From: Bacteroidota bacterium
GTDB lineage: Bacteria; Bacteroidota; Bacteroidia; Bacteroidales; PWNQ01
Length of the DNA stretch: 53,613 nt
Assembly (NCBI GenBank): GCA_051748205.1
Contig: JBNJHE010000002.1
Coordinates: forward strand, 1 to 53,613
Direction of reading: 5' to 3'
Shown: positions 44,689-52,895 of the stretch, one piece after another
How positions within the stretch are numbered: the first letter of the stretch is position 1
Layout: the number at the start of each line of letters is the position of its first letter
Position numbers and translations under genes: made by a program
The notes under the pieces: model-generated
Databases searched by the model: none
What the model saw: only the letters and a program-made list of their open reading frames with translations
Told to the model about the DNA's origin: nothing

Positions 44689-46544
44689 TTCAGGTCTTTT
44701 TCTATTTTTGATATTAAACTTAGTGCTTGCTGGTATATGGATTCTTTATTATCTGCCGGGGTGGCTGCAGGTGCAAAGCGGGCGTAATCGCAATTGTCCA
44801 GCAAAAGGGTTGTTTCCTGGATATGTTCTGCTTTTATTGCTCTGTTTTGCAACTGCTGGCTTATAGTCTCGCGACTAAGGTCAGACATCGTAAGGTTAAA
44901 ACGGTCGCTGATATAGCCCAGAATAGCACGGTTTACTTCTTCATAAAATGCTGTATCATCGTCAGAATCTTTATATTTTCTGGCTTTTTTCAAGCGTTTC
45001 TGTGCTAGTCGTGTGGCACGTTTTGTTTTTAATAGTGCGGCATTTGATTGGATGCGTTGATGTTTTTTATAAAACAGATAAAATATCACAAAAGCCACAA
45101 CAGGGATTATTAAAAACATCCAGAATCGAAAGGTGTTGACAAAATTCCGGTTCTTCGGGTGCAGCGATAGCGGCGGCTCATAAATATGCATAATATCCGT
45201 GCCGGGTCTTTCAATGTCTTCTTTGCCGTATGCTTTGATTGATGGTCCTGCCGTTGTGCCGTCTCCTTTCAAAACGTGAATCGTAAAGGCTTTTGTCTTT
45301 AAGGTTACATATTGCTTTTTCAGAATATCAAAGTAAGTAAACTCAATAGGCTCGATGGTAAAAGTTCCTTCATTGCGTGGAATCAGCAGATAGTTCCATG
45401 TTTTTGTTCCGGATACACCACCGGCATTCACTGTTGACTGTTTGTCGATATCCGGCTCATAAATTTCAAAAGCAGGAGGTATCACCAGACCTTCAAGATC
45501 AACTAAGTTAATGTTTCCGGTACCGGATAATGTCAATTTAAGATTAGTGCTTTGATTGACAGTTACCGTATCTTTCGTGATTTCGGAGGAAAGCCGGAAG
45601 CTGCCTGCATGCCCGGTGAAGCTATCGGTCTTTCCTTCTGCGGGCAAGGCCTTAACAGTGATTTGTTCACCGGGGGAGCGGATCACTTTCTTTACGTTTT
45701 TTCGTGTCCTGATACGATCACCATAAAAAAACCGCTCGTGACTGTTTCTGGCTTTACGTACGTCTTCCACCTGAACCGTGGTATTTAGGCTAAATCCTCC
45801 GATTTTTAGCTTGCCGGATTTTTGAGGAAACAGTACCTTTTTACTGATGGTTACCACATTGTATACGCTTCCATCTATGCGCTCTTGCTGAACACTTAAT
45901 TCTCCGATGTCGATGTCTTCTACCCAGAAACCATCGTAGGAAGGCATGTTTTCAGGACTTAATCCGCTTATCGTTTTTTTTGAATAAAACTTATGGGTGA
46001 CAACCACAGGCTCTCCTTTATATACAGTGTTTTTACTGATTATTGTGCGGGCAAACAAATCATCACCCGAAATGCCATGTTCATCTTTTTGTTTCTTGCC
46101 GGGTTTTTGAATGTTTTCTCCTTTCCCTACAACAAGGCTAAGCTCTGCGGACTTAACCCTGTGGTTACTCCAGATAAATTCGAATGGCTCTATGGTAAAA
46201 GTGCCCTGATCGGTGGCTTCCAAAATAAAACTATAGACATACAGAGTCATATCATCGCGCCCCATGCCAAAGTTCATTCCCATATCCATACGTCCACCCT
46301 GATCTATAATTTTAAACCCTTCAAAATCTGGCCGATTAAAGCGCATGTTGTTGAAGGTAAATGAGCCGCTGCTACCCTTGAACTTTAACTTATAGTCTAT
46401 GCGTATTTGCTGATTCACCGATGGACTGGAATTGCTGACATTGATGTCGACATAAAATTTTTCCTGCCCATGCCCGCTAATTGCGCACAGGCTCAAAAAA
46501 AAGAGTAATAGCAACTTTTGAACGTATGCTTTCATGTTTACCAA
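44685..46544 (-). CDS. batD: BatD-like oxygen-tolerance protein
   Basis: It is 619 aa with a signal peptide, repeated beta-sandwich-like segments, a single TM near residue 470 and a cytoplasmic tail. Its position between the TPR proteins BatC and BatE, and a 4-nt start/stop overlap, support the call. Confidence 0.7.
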   Translation of the reverse strand: MVNMKAYVQKLLLLFFLSLCAISGHGQEKFYVDINVSNSSPSVNQQIRIDYKLKFKGSSGSFTFNNMRFNRPDFEGFKIIDQGGRMDMGMNFGMGRDDMTLYVYSFILEATDQGTFTIEPFEFIWSNHRVKSAELSLVVGKGENIQKPGKKQKDEHGISGDDLFARTIISKNTVYKGEPVVVTHKFYSKKTISGLSPENMPSYDGFWVEDIDIGELSVQQERIDGSVYNVVTISKKVLFPQKSGKLKIGGFSLNTTVQVEDVRKARNSHERFFYGDRIRTRKNVKKVIRSPGEQITVKALPAEGKTDSFTGHAGSFRLSSEITKDTVTVNQSTNLKLTLSGTGNINLVDLEGLVIPPAFEIYEPDIDKQSTVNAGGVSGTKTWNYLLIPRNEGTFTIEPIEFTYFDILKKQYVTLKTKAFTIHVLKGDGTTAGPSIKAYGKEDIERPGTDIMHIYEPPLSLHPKNRNFVNTFRFWMFLIIPVVAFVIFYLFYKKHQRIQSNAALLKTKRATRLAQKRLKKARKYKDSDDDTAFYEEVNRAILGYISDRFNLTMSDLSRETISQQLQNRAIKAEHIQETTLLLDNCDYARFAPAATPADNKESIYQQALSLISKIEKDLK

Positions 46545-47335
46545 TCTTTTTCTATCGTTTTTGTCCTGGCTTCTTTTTTCCTTAACATCTTTTTCATCAG
46601 TTTTTTCTGATCATTATCCAGTGCCTGCATCATTCGCTCTGCTTGTTCTTCTGACATCTTCCCGCTCTCCGGGCCTGGCGCCTGCTGCTCTTTTTCCTGC
46701 CGGTCGGATTGCTCCTGTTCATCTTGCTTGCTGTTGTTCTGCTGTTGATCTTGCTGGTTGTTATCTTTTTGGTTTTGATTTATCTTATCCTGCTTATCCT
46801 GCTTATCCTGCTTGTCTTGCTTATCCTGCTTGTCCTGTTTGTCTTGCTTGTCCTGTTTGTCCTTTTGGTCCTGCTTGTTCTGCTTGTCTTTACTTTGTTG
46901 TTTTTTTAATTTCTGACGGGCATAAACATAATTGTAGCGGGCATCCTCATCATTTGGATTATTCAGCAATGCCTTTTTATAGGCTTCTACTGCTTTTGGA
47001 TAATCTTTGAGTTTCATATAGGTGTTGCCAAGATTATGAAATGCATCAGCTTTGTCTTTTTTATTGATATCGAGGGATTCAAGCATGTTAAAGCTTTTTT
47101 CGGCTTCTTTGAATTTCTCTTGTTGATATAAGCTATTTCCCAGGTTAAAGTTTGCTTTAAAGTTTACATGATCATCTTCCAGGGCCTTTCTGTATTTAAT
47201 TTCCGCGTCACCGTAGTTTTCATTGTAGTATTCTTGGTTTCCTTCTCTCAAAAAATGATGGCTATCCTGACCAACGGCAGCATAACCTATTGGAAGGAGG
47301 ATCATCAGGGAGCACATTTTCTTAATAAGCATCAT
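46538..47335 (-). CDS. batC: BatC-like TPR protein with C-terminal (DKQ)n low-complexity tail
   Basis: It has a signal peptide and TPR repeats (AEIKYRKALEDD, FNLGNSLYQQEKFKEAEKSF, HNLGNTYMKLKDYPKAVEAYKKAL), followed by a D/K/Q repeat region. Confidence 0.7.
   Translation of the reverse strand: MMLIKKMCSLMILLPIGYAAVGQDSHHFLREGNQEYYNENYGDAEIKYRKALEDDHVNFKANFNLGNSLYQQEKFKEAEKSFNMLESLDINKKDKADAFHNLGNTYMKLKDYPKAVEAYKKALLNNPNDEDARYNYVYARQKLKKQQSKDKQNKQDQKDKQDKQDKQDKQDKQDKQDKQDKQDKINQNQKDNNQQDQQQNNSKQDEQEQSDRQEKEQQAPGPESGKMSEEQAERMMQALDNDQKKLMKKMLRKKEARTKTIEKDW
46784..46891. repeat. In-frame 9-bp tandem repeat (about 12 units) inside batC encoding (QDK)n
   Basis: The plus strand reads cttatcctg x3, then cttgtcttg, cttatcctg, cttgtcctg, tttgtcttg, cttgtcctg, tttgtcctt, ttggtcctg, cttgttctg and cttgtcttt. 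Confidence 0.9.
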
Positions 47336-47338
47336 ATT

Positions 47339-48394
47339 TCAAGGTTTTTTTTTAGGTTCATTCAAAAAATTCCATTTTGCTAACCATGGATTTTTTCTGT
47401 CAAACATTAAATTTTCGAGTATTAACAGTAGGATAGCCAGGGCTAAAAAATATTGAAATCGATCTTCGTAGTCTGCATATATTTTTGTTTCAATATCACT
47501 TTGTTCCATTTCATCAATTTTGTTATACAAGGCTTTAACGCCTGCCCGCGTATTGTTAGCCAGGATAAAGGATCCCTGTCCGGCTTTTGCGATATCCTTG
47601 AGCATTTTTTGATTAAGCTGGGATATGACGGTATTGCCGTGTTTGTCTTTTTTGTAGGCGCCGGTTCCTGAGCCTGTATTCACAGGAATAGGGGCTCCTT
47701 TCAACGAGCCCATGCCAATAGTATGAATAATGATATTCTGCTCTTTTGCAACTTGCCTTGCCATTTCAACAGCTTGTTTGTCATGGCTTTCGCCGTCAGA
47801 AATTAAAATCAGGGCTTTTTGATTTTTTGATTTTTTGGGGAAAGCTTCTGCAGCTTTTTGTATAGCATCGCCAATGGCCGTTCCCTGCGTAGGGACAATG
47901 TCTGTTGATACCGAATTTAGAAACATTTTTGCAGCGGTGTAGTCGGTAGTGATAGGTAACTGCGTGTATGCCTTGCCTGCAAAAATTATCAGTCCGATAC
48001 GGTCGCCTTCAAGGGTATTAATAAGTTGCTGAACGGCCATTTTGGCATTATCCAGCCGATTGGGCCGAATGTCTTCAGCCAGCATGCTGTTGGATACATC
48101 CAGTGCAATAACCAGGTCAACGCCTTTGCGGGTGGCTTTTTCCATTCGCGATCCAACCTGTGGGTTGGCCAAAGCAACTATTAATGAGGCTATAGCCAAA
48201 ATCAGCACCGTGTGTTTGGTATTGCTGCGCTTTATGGATGCCTGAGGAGCCAGCAGGGGTTGTAAGGATTGATCTGCATATCGATTCAGCGCCCGGCGTT
48301 TTTTGCGGTTATGGAGGTAATGCACCAAAAAGGCCAATGGAACAAAGGCCAGGGCATACAGAAAGAAAGGATGTTCAAAGCGTATGATATCCAT
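47339..48394 (-). CDS. batB: BatB-like von Willebrand factor A domain membrane protein
   Basis: It has an N-terminal TM pair, the VWA MIDAS motif LDVSNSM and a C-terminal TM. The start at MDIIRFEHPFF avoids overlapping batA. An alternative start lies at 48445. Confidence 0.8.
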   Translation of the reverse strand: MDIIRFEHPFFLYALAFVPLAFLVHYLHNRKKRRALNRYADQSLQPLLAPQASIKRSNTKHTVLILAIASLIVALANPQVGSRMEKATRKGVDLVIALDVSNSMLAEDIRPNRLDNAKMAVQQLINTLEGDRIGLIIFAGKAYTQLPITTDYTAAKMFLNSVSTDIVPTQGTAIGDAIQKAAEAFPKKSKNQKALILISDGESHDKQAVEMARQVAKEQNIIIHTIGMGSLKGAPIPVNTGSGTGAYKKDKHGNTVISQLNQKMLKDIAKAGQGSFILANNTRAGVKALYNKIDEMEQSDIETKIYADYEDRFQYFLALAILLLILENLMFDRKNPWLAKWNFLNEPKKKP

Positions 48395-48405
48395 AATAGT
48401 CTCCT

Positions 48406-49410
48406 TTAAGGTACCGTTCGAAAAACTGTTTTCCGCAAACCCCATTCCAGCAGTATCAAAAGAAATGCCAGAAGGGCAATGGTAAAAAACTCTTCTTTTT
48501 TACGCTCATAACGTAACACATCGATTTTTGATTTTTCCAGCTGGTCGATGGCTTGATATATTTCCGTTAGCTTTTGCTTGTTTGTTGCTCTAAAATATTT
48601 TCCGTTGGAAATACTGGCAATATCTTTTAGTGTTTTTTCATCAATGTTGACTTCACGTTGGCGGAAGACATAGTTTCCTGTCATCGAGTTAATGCCGACA
48701 GGCATGCGGGCTTTGCCATTGCTGCCAACTCCGATGGTATAAACCCTGATGCCGTACAAATCAGCCATCTCCGCTGCTGTCAGCGGGTCTATCGATCCCC
48801 TGTTGTTAACCCCGTCAGTTAACAAAATGACCACTTTCGACCTGGCTTCACTATCTTTTAGTCGTTGCACTGCTGTAGCTAAGCCTTCGCCTATGGCGGT
48901 TCCATCCGTTAACATCCCTGTCTGGATATCATCAAAAAGGTTAGTGATCATTTGATGGTCTGTTGTCAGCGGGCTTTGTGTAAACGATTCAGCACTAAAA
49001 ATCACCAGGCCTAAACGGTCATTCTTGCGATCACGAATAAAATCTGAAGCTACACTTTTTGCTGCTTCCAGCCTGTTGGGATTAAAATCGGTGGCTAGCA
49101 TGCTGGAAGAAATATCCAGACTGATGATAATATCAATACCCTCTATCGATATGTCCTGTTTTTGATTTTTCGTTTGAGGCCGGGCAAGCGCTACAATCAA
49201 CAGGGCTATTGCCAGTATCCTCAGCACAAATAATACTGGGTAAAAACGGGCTTTCCATGATCTTAATTGCCGTACTCCAGCTAGGGAGCTGTAACGAATT
49301 GGCGCATGACGCTGTGAGTATTTCCGTATATAATAAAATATCAACAACGGCAGTAACAAAAGCCCTGTCAAAAAATATATATTGGCAAATGTGATTTCAC
49401 CCCAATTCAT
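48406..49410 (-). CDS. batA: BatA-like von Willebrand factor A domain membrane protein
   Basis: It has N-terminal TM helices, the VWA MIDAS motif LDISSSM, LLTDGVNN and a C-terminal TM. Length is 334 aa. Confidence 0.8.
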   Translation of the reverse strand: MNWGEITFANIYFLTGLLLLPLLIFYYIRKYSQRHAPIRYSSLAGVRQLRSWKARFYPVLFVLRILAIALLIVALARPQTKNQKQDISIEGIDIIISLDISSSMLATDFNPNRLEAAKSVASDFIRDRKNDRLGLVIFSAESFTQSPLTTDHQMITNLFDDIQTGMLTDGTAIGEGLATAVQRLKDSEARSKVVILLTDGVNNRGSIDPLTAAEMADLYGIRVYTIGVGSNGKARMPVGINSMTGNYVFRQREVNIDEKTLKDIASISNGKYFRATNKQKLTEIYQAIDQLEKSKIDVLRYERKKEEFFTIALLAFLLILLEWGLRKTVFRTVP

Positions 49411-50351
49411 GTTTCTGTTTGATTTTTTCTTTCCTGATTCGTATATGCCTGATGCGTTAGCTCCACAAACTGTATTGCTTGTTGTTGACTTAGTTCATGT
49501 TCATCTTTTACAGGTTTATAACGTGCAAACTTCACCATGTCAGCACGTTGTAATAAGCCTGATAGTGCTTCCAGGCTTTCTTCCTCAATCAGTTCCTCAA
49601 GTTGTTTGATGGTTTCGCGACTGGTTAGCTCTTCAGCTTCCACCGCATAACGTCGTTCGATATAATGGCGAACTATTGCTGTTAGTTCTACATAATAGGC
49701 TTTTATTTGATCCTTTTGCCAGAGTTGTTGCTTTTCCAGTTCCTGTAATCGTGTTATGGCTTCATCATAGGGGGGGAGCGAAGGCTTTTCTTCAACTCGT
49801 GCGCTATCCGTTAATGGTTTTCGCCTGCGCAAAAAGTAAAGAATTGCCAAAATAATTGCTATTACCATAAGCCCTATCCCTATCCAGGGCAAGACATCCT
49901 TCCAATGTAAGGGCTCTTCCCTGATGTCTTTAATGCCTTTGATGCTTTTGGTTGTATCCACTTTTACCGTTTTTACTTCCAGTAATAATGCTTCCGTAAA
50001 AAAGCTGTCCTGTTGATGGACAAAATGAAATGGTGGAATTACATGATAACCGGAATCAAAAGAAGTAATACGGTATTGTTGTCTTACAGTAAACTGTTTA
50101 TCTTTTTTGTTGGCCATAGTGTCTTTGCCGCTAATTTCCAACACCTGGATTTTAGCAGTCAGGGTGTCATTAATTTCAGGCCATACCAGCTTTGTTGACG
50201 GATTTTCGGCTTCCAGCGTAAGCATGGTTTGTTCACCGATTTTAAGACTATTGGTATCCAGGCTGGCCTTAACAGTAATATCCTGCCCTGACAATAGCTG
50301 GCTTAATAACAGACTTACCAGCATAACTATGCTTATCCCAATTTTTCTCAT
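49407..50351 (-). CDS. Conserved Bat-operon membrane protein of unknown function (signal peptide, periplasmic beta-rich domain, one TM, cytoplasmic helical domain)
   Basis: It starts at MRKIGISIVMLVSLLL, 1 nt after the DUF58 stop. A TM lies at WIGIGLMVIAIILAILYF. Its position between the DUF58 gene and batA matches the Bacteroides operon layout. Confidence 0.6.
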   Translation of the reverse strand: MRKIGISIVMLVSLLLSQLLSGQDITVKASLDTNSLKIGEQTMLTLEAENPSTKLVWPEINDTLTAKIQVLEISGKDTMANKKDKQFTVRQQYRITSFDSGYHVIPPFHFVHQQDSFFTEALLLEVKTVKVDTTKSIKGIKDIREEPLHWKDVLPWIGIGLMVIAIILAILYFLRRRKPLTDSARVEEKPSLPPYDEAITRLQELEKQQLWQKDQIKAYYVELTAIVRHYIERRYAVEAEELTSRETIKQLEELIEEESLEALSGLLQRADMVKFARYKPVKDEHELSQQQAIQFVELTHQAYTNQERKNQTET

Positions 50352-50352
50352 A

Positions 50353-51231
50353 TTAAAATCGACTTTGTCTGACTTTGAACAGATTAACCAGGGGTTTAAC
50401 AAAATCCTTATTGATTGAAATTTCAACCTGATCAACACCGGCCTTCCGGCAACTAAGCTTATAGTTTTGGTTAAGTTGTTGCCACCACATAAAATGTTTT
50501 TTAGCTACTTGTTTGCTACTGGTGTCCACCCAGAGCACTTCTTTTGATTCAGCATCTTGCATTTTCATCATGCCTACATTGGGCAGAGCTTGCTCAGCAG
50601 GATCAATAATCCGAATAGCCACCACATCGTGTTTATTGTTGGCAATAGACAGTGCTTTGTCAAAATCTTTGTCCATGAAGTCGGAAATAACAAATGCTGT
50701 AGCGCGTTTTTTAATGGCATTGGTTAAAAAGCGCAGGGCTTCACGTATATCTGTTTGATTGCTGTCGGGCTTAAAATCGATCAATTCCCGGATAATACGT
50801 AAAGTGTGCGTTTTTCCTTTGAGTGGCGGGATAAACTTTTCTACTTTGTCAGAAAAGAAAATCACACCCACTTTATCGTTGTTGTGAATAGCTGAGAAAG
50901 AAAGCACAGCAGCGATTTCTGTAATCATTTGTTCTTTTAACTGTTGCCGTGTGCCAAAGGCATTTGATCCTGATACATCGATCAGCAGCATTACGGTGAG
51001 TTCGCGTTCCTCCTCAAAAATTTTAATAAAAGGATGTCCAAAGCGTGCGGTCACATTCCAATCGATCGAGCGTACATCGTCACCAATTTGATATTCACGA
51101 ACTTCGCTAAAGGCCATGCCTCTCCCTTTAAAGGCAGAGTGGTAGTGTCCCGAGAAAATATTGCGGGATAATCCACGAGTCTTAATTTCTATCCTTCTAA
51201 CGCGTTGTAGTAGTTCTCTGGTTTGCATCAC
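50353..51231 (-). CDS. DUF58-family protein (VWA-like, MoxR partner)
   Basis: The motifs EVREYQIGDDVRSIDWNVTAR and LLIDVSGS are typical of DUF58 proteins encoded next to MoxR ATPases. Confidence 0.8.
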   Translation of the reverse strand: MMQTRELLQRVRRIEIKTRGLSRNIFSGHYHSAFKGRGMAFSEVREYQIGDDVRSIDWNVTARFGHPFIKIFEEERELTVMLLIDVSGSNAFGTRQQLKEQMITEIAAVLSFSAIHNNDKVGVIFFSDKVEKFIPPLKGKTHTLRIIRELIDFKPDSNQTDIREALRFLTNAIKKRATAFVISDFMDKDFDKALSIANNKHDVVAIRIIDPAEQALPNVGMMKMQDAESKEVLWVDTSSKQVAKKHFMWWQQLNQNYKLSCRKAGVDQVEISINKDFVKPLVNLFKVRQSRF

Positions 51232-51241
51232 AAATGTATGA

Positions 51242-52237
51242 TTAAGGAACTTCTACCGTATTTAAAACTTCATTGATAATATCTGAGGGCTGAATGTTTT
51301 CGGCTTCGGCTTCATAAGTAAGTCCAATGCGGTGACGCAGGACATTATGGCAGACGAACCGGATATCTTCAGGAATGACATAACCCCGCCGCTTGATGAA
51401 GGCGTAAGCTTTGGCCGCCAGAGCCAGATTGATACTTGCTCTTGGCGAAGCCCCAAAACTGATCATAGGATGATACTTGTTCAGGTTATATTCTGATGGA
51501 AAGCGAGTAGCAAAGACAATATCCGTGATGTACTGTGATATCTTTTCATCCATATATACATCCCTGACAACGCTGCGCGCTTTTAAAATGTCTTCCGGTT
51601 TTATAACCTGATTGATGTGCACTATCTCATTGGTGATGTTTTGCTGCAGTATTTGTTTTTCTTCCTCTTTAGACGGATAAGTAATCACCACTTTAAGCAT
51701 AAAGCGGTCGACCTGGGCTTCAGGAAGTGGATAAGTGCCCTCTTGTTCAATCGGGTTTTGGGTTGCCATCACCATAAAGGGCTCTTCCAGTTTAAAGGTA
51801 TGCTCACCGATAGTTACCTGACGCTCTTGCATTGCTTCCAGTAAAGCACTCTGTACCTTTGCCGGTGCTCGATTGATTTCATCAGCCAGAATGAAATTAG
51901 CAAATAGCGGGCCCTTTTTAACATCGAAGGTTTCCTTTTTCTGACTGTAGATCATCGTTCCAATCAGGTCGGCCGGAAGCAAATCCGGCGTAAACTGAAT
52001 CCTGCTGTATTTGGCATTAATAGCACCGGCCAACGACTTTATCGTTAGCGTCTTTGCCAATCCTGGCAGGCCTTCAAGTAAAATATGACCGTTGGATAAT
52101 AACCCTATCAGCATGCTTTCCATCATCGACTTTTGGCCTATAATGGCCTTTCTCATCTCGAGGTTCAATAACTCCAGGAAAGCACTCTCTTGCTCAATCT
52201 TATCGTTTAATGCTTTGATGTCAACCTGGTTGTTCAT
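51242..52237 (-). CDS. MoxR-family AAA+ ATPase
   Basis: It has Walker A LLEGLPGLAKT, Walker B ILADEINRA, and the blocks VMATQNPIEQEGTYPLPEAQVDRF and ASPRAS, all MoxR/AAA_3 hallmarks. Length is 331 aa. Confidence 0.9.
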   Translation of the reverse strand: MNNQVDIKALNDKIEQESAFLELLNLEMRKAIIGQKSMMESMLIGLLSNGHILLEGLPGLAKTLTIKSLAGAINAKYSRIQFTPDLLPADLIGTMIYSQKKETFDVKKGPLFANFILADEINRAPAKVQSALLEAMQERQVTIGEHTFKLEEPFMVMATQNPIEQEGTYPLPEAQVDRFMLKVVITYPSKEEEKQILQQNITNEIVHINQVIKPEDILKARSVVRDVYMDEKISQYITDIVFATRFPSEYNLNKYHPMISFGASPRASINLALAAKAYAFIKRRGYVIPEDIRFVCHNVLRHRIGLTYEAEAENIQPSDIINEVLNTVEVP

Positions 52238-52255
52238 ATCATTCTATTTTTAGGA

Positions 52256-52263
52256 CAAAAGTA
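52256..52263 (-). promoter_or_regulatory. Bacteroidetes -7 promoter box for the MoxR-Bat operon
   Basis: The minus strand reads TACTTTTG, 18 nt upstream of the ATG at 52237. Confidence 0.45.
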
Positions 52264-52435
52264 AAAACTCTACTGCCCCTGGCCTGTTAAAAAATGTTAA
52301 ACCGCTCAGCTGACAAGCATTTCGAAATATTCAGGCACTGTTTTCTTTCATTGTAACTTCGCCACTACCTATTTATGTGGGGATGAATTCCCAGTACATT
52401 GCTCGTACTTAAAAAATATTCTATCATGTCGAGTT

Positions 52436-52451
52436 TGGCATTATCTTGGCA
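52436..52451 (+). promoter_or_regulatory. Sigma-54 (RpoN)-like -24/-12 promoter element
   Basis: TGGCATtatctTGGCA has the GG and GC dinucleotides at the canonical spacing of the consensus TGGCACG-N4-TTGCW (11 of 12 specified positions... T,G,G,C,A at -24 and T,G,C,A at -12 match). It is oriented toward the gene starting at 52896. Confidence 0.3.
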
Positions 52452-52470
52452 ATAAAAATATTTTTAGTAT

Positions 52471-52518
52471 AAACCTGGCCATGACAAAAATTTTAACATA
52501 CACGGGGATGATTAAATG
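52471..52518. repeat. Direct repeat copy 1 (48 bp)
   Basis: aaacctggccatgacaaaaattttaacatacacggggatgattaaatg is 39/48 identical, ungapped, to 52771-52818. Confidence 0.85.
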
Positions 52519-52611
52519 TGAGGAAGCGAATTGCCAGAAGGCTATGTTATTGTGCAGTAGGATTTCCGCCTTAGGCGGAGATTTAGGGGTGCGAGTTGGC
52601 GATGAAGCGTT

Positions 52612-52680
52612 GATGCGATGATGCGATGATGCGAGAGAGCGAACGAAGAGACTTGAGAGAAGGAAGAGACTTGAGAGAAT
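52612..52680. repeat. Nested short tandem repeats in a C-depleted purine-rich tract
   Basis: There are three 8-bp units (gatgcgat, gatgcgat, gatgcgag) at 52612-52635. There are two 18-bp units (gaagagacttgagagaag / gaagagacttgagagaat) at 52645-52680. Confidence 0.85.
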
Positions 52681-52770
52681 GAGAGATGAGAGGTGAGTTG
52701 TGAGAGATGAGCGATAAGATAGCGCAACAGCCAACACAGAACAAGGAACAACAAACAAATTTAGACAGAT

Positions 52771-52818
52771 GAACCGAGCCATGACAAAAAATTTAACACA
52801 CACACGCATGATTAAATA
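52771..52818. repeat. Direct repeat copy 2 (48 bp), exactly 300 bp from copy 1
   Basis: The sequence is gaaccgagccatgacaaaaaatttaacacacacacgcatgattaaata. The 9-nt core gccatgaca recurs inverted at 52849-52857. Confidence 0.85.
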
Positions 52819-52895
52819 AAATGAAAAGTGTATAGTAAAAAGATGCTGTGTCATGGCGAGCTCCATCTGACCTATTTAAAAAAAATTATAAACAG

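Noticed and set aside
46784-46891. A possible CRISPR-like or other repeat array
   Set aside because: The units are 9 bp with no spacers, in frame inside batC. The only other repeats (52471 and 52771) occur just twice, and no cas genes are present. I found no CRISPR array in the window.
46534-47010. A 158-aa plus-strand ORF antisense to batC
   Set aside because: It is created by the 9-bp tandem repeat and low-complexity region. It lies entirely inside a well-supported minus-strand gene.
52441-52866. A 141-aa minus-strand ORF (and the overlapping 70-aa ORF at 52542-52754) spanning the repeat region
   Set aside because: Two minus-strand frames are open simultaneously because the plus strand is depleted in C and in TTA/CTA/TCA. 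The product is low-complexity S/L-rich, and its ends are encoded by the two direct repeats. This is best explained as a compositional artefact, though homology searching should confirm that.
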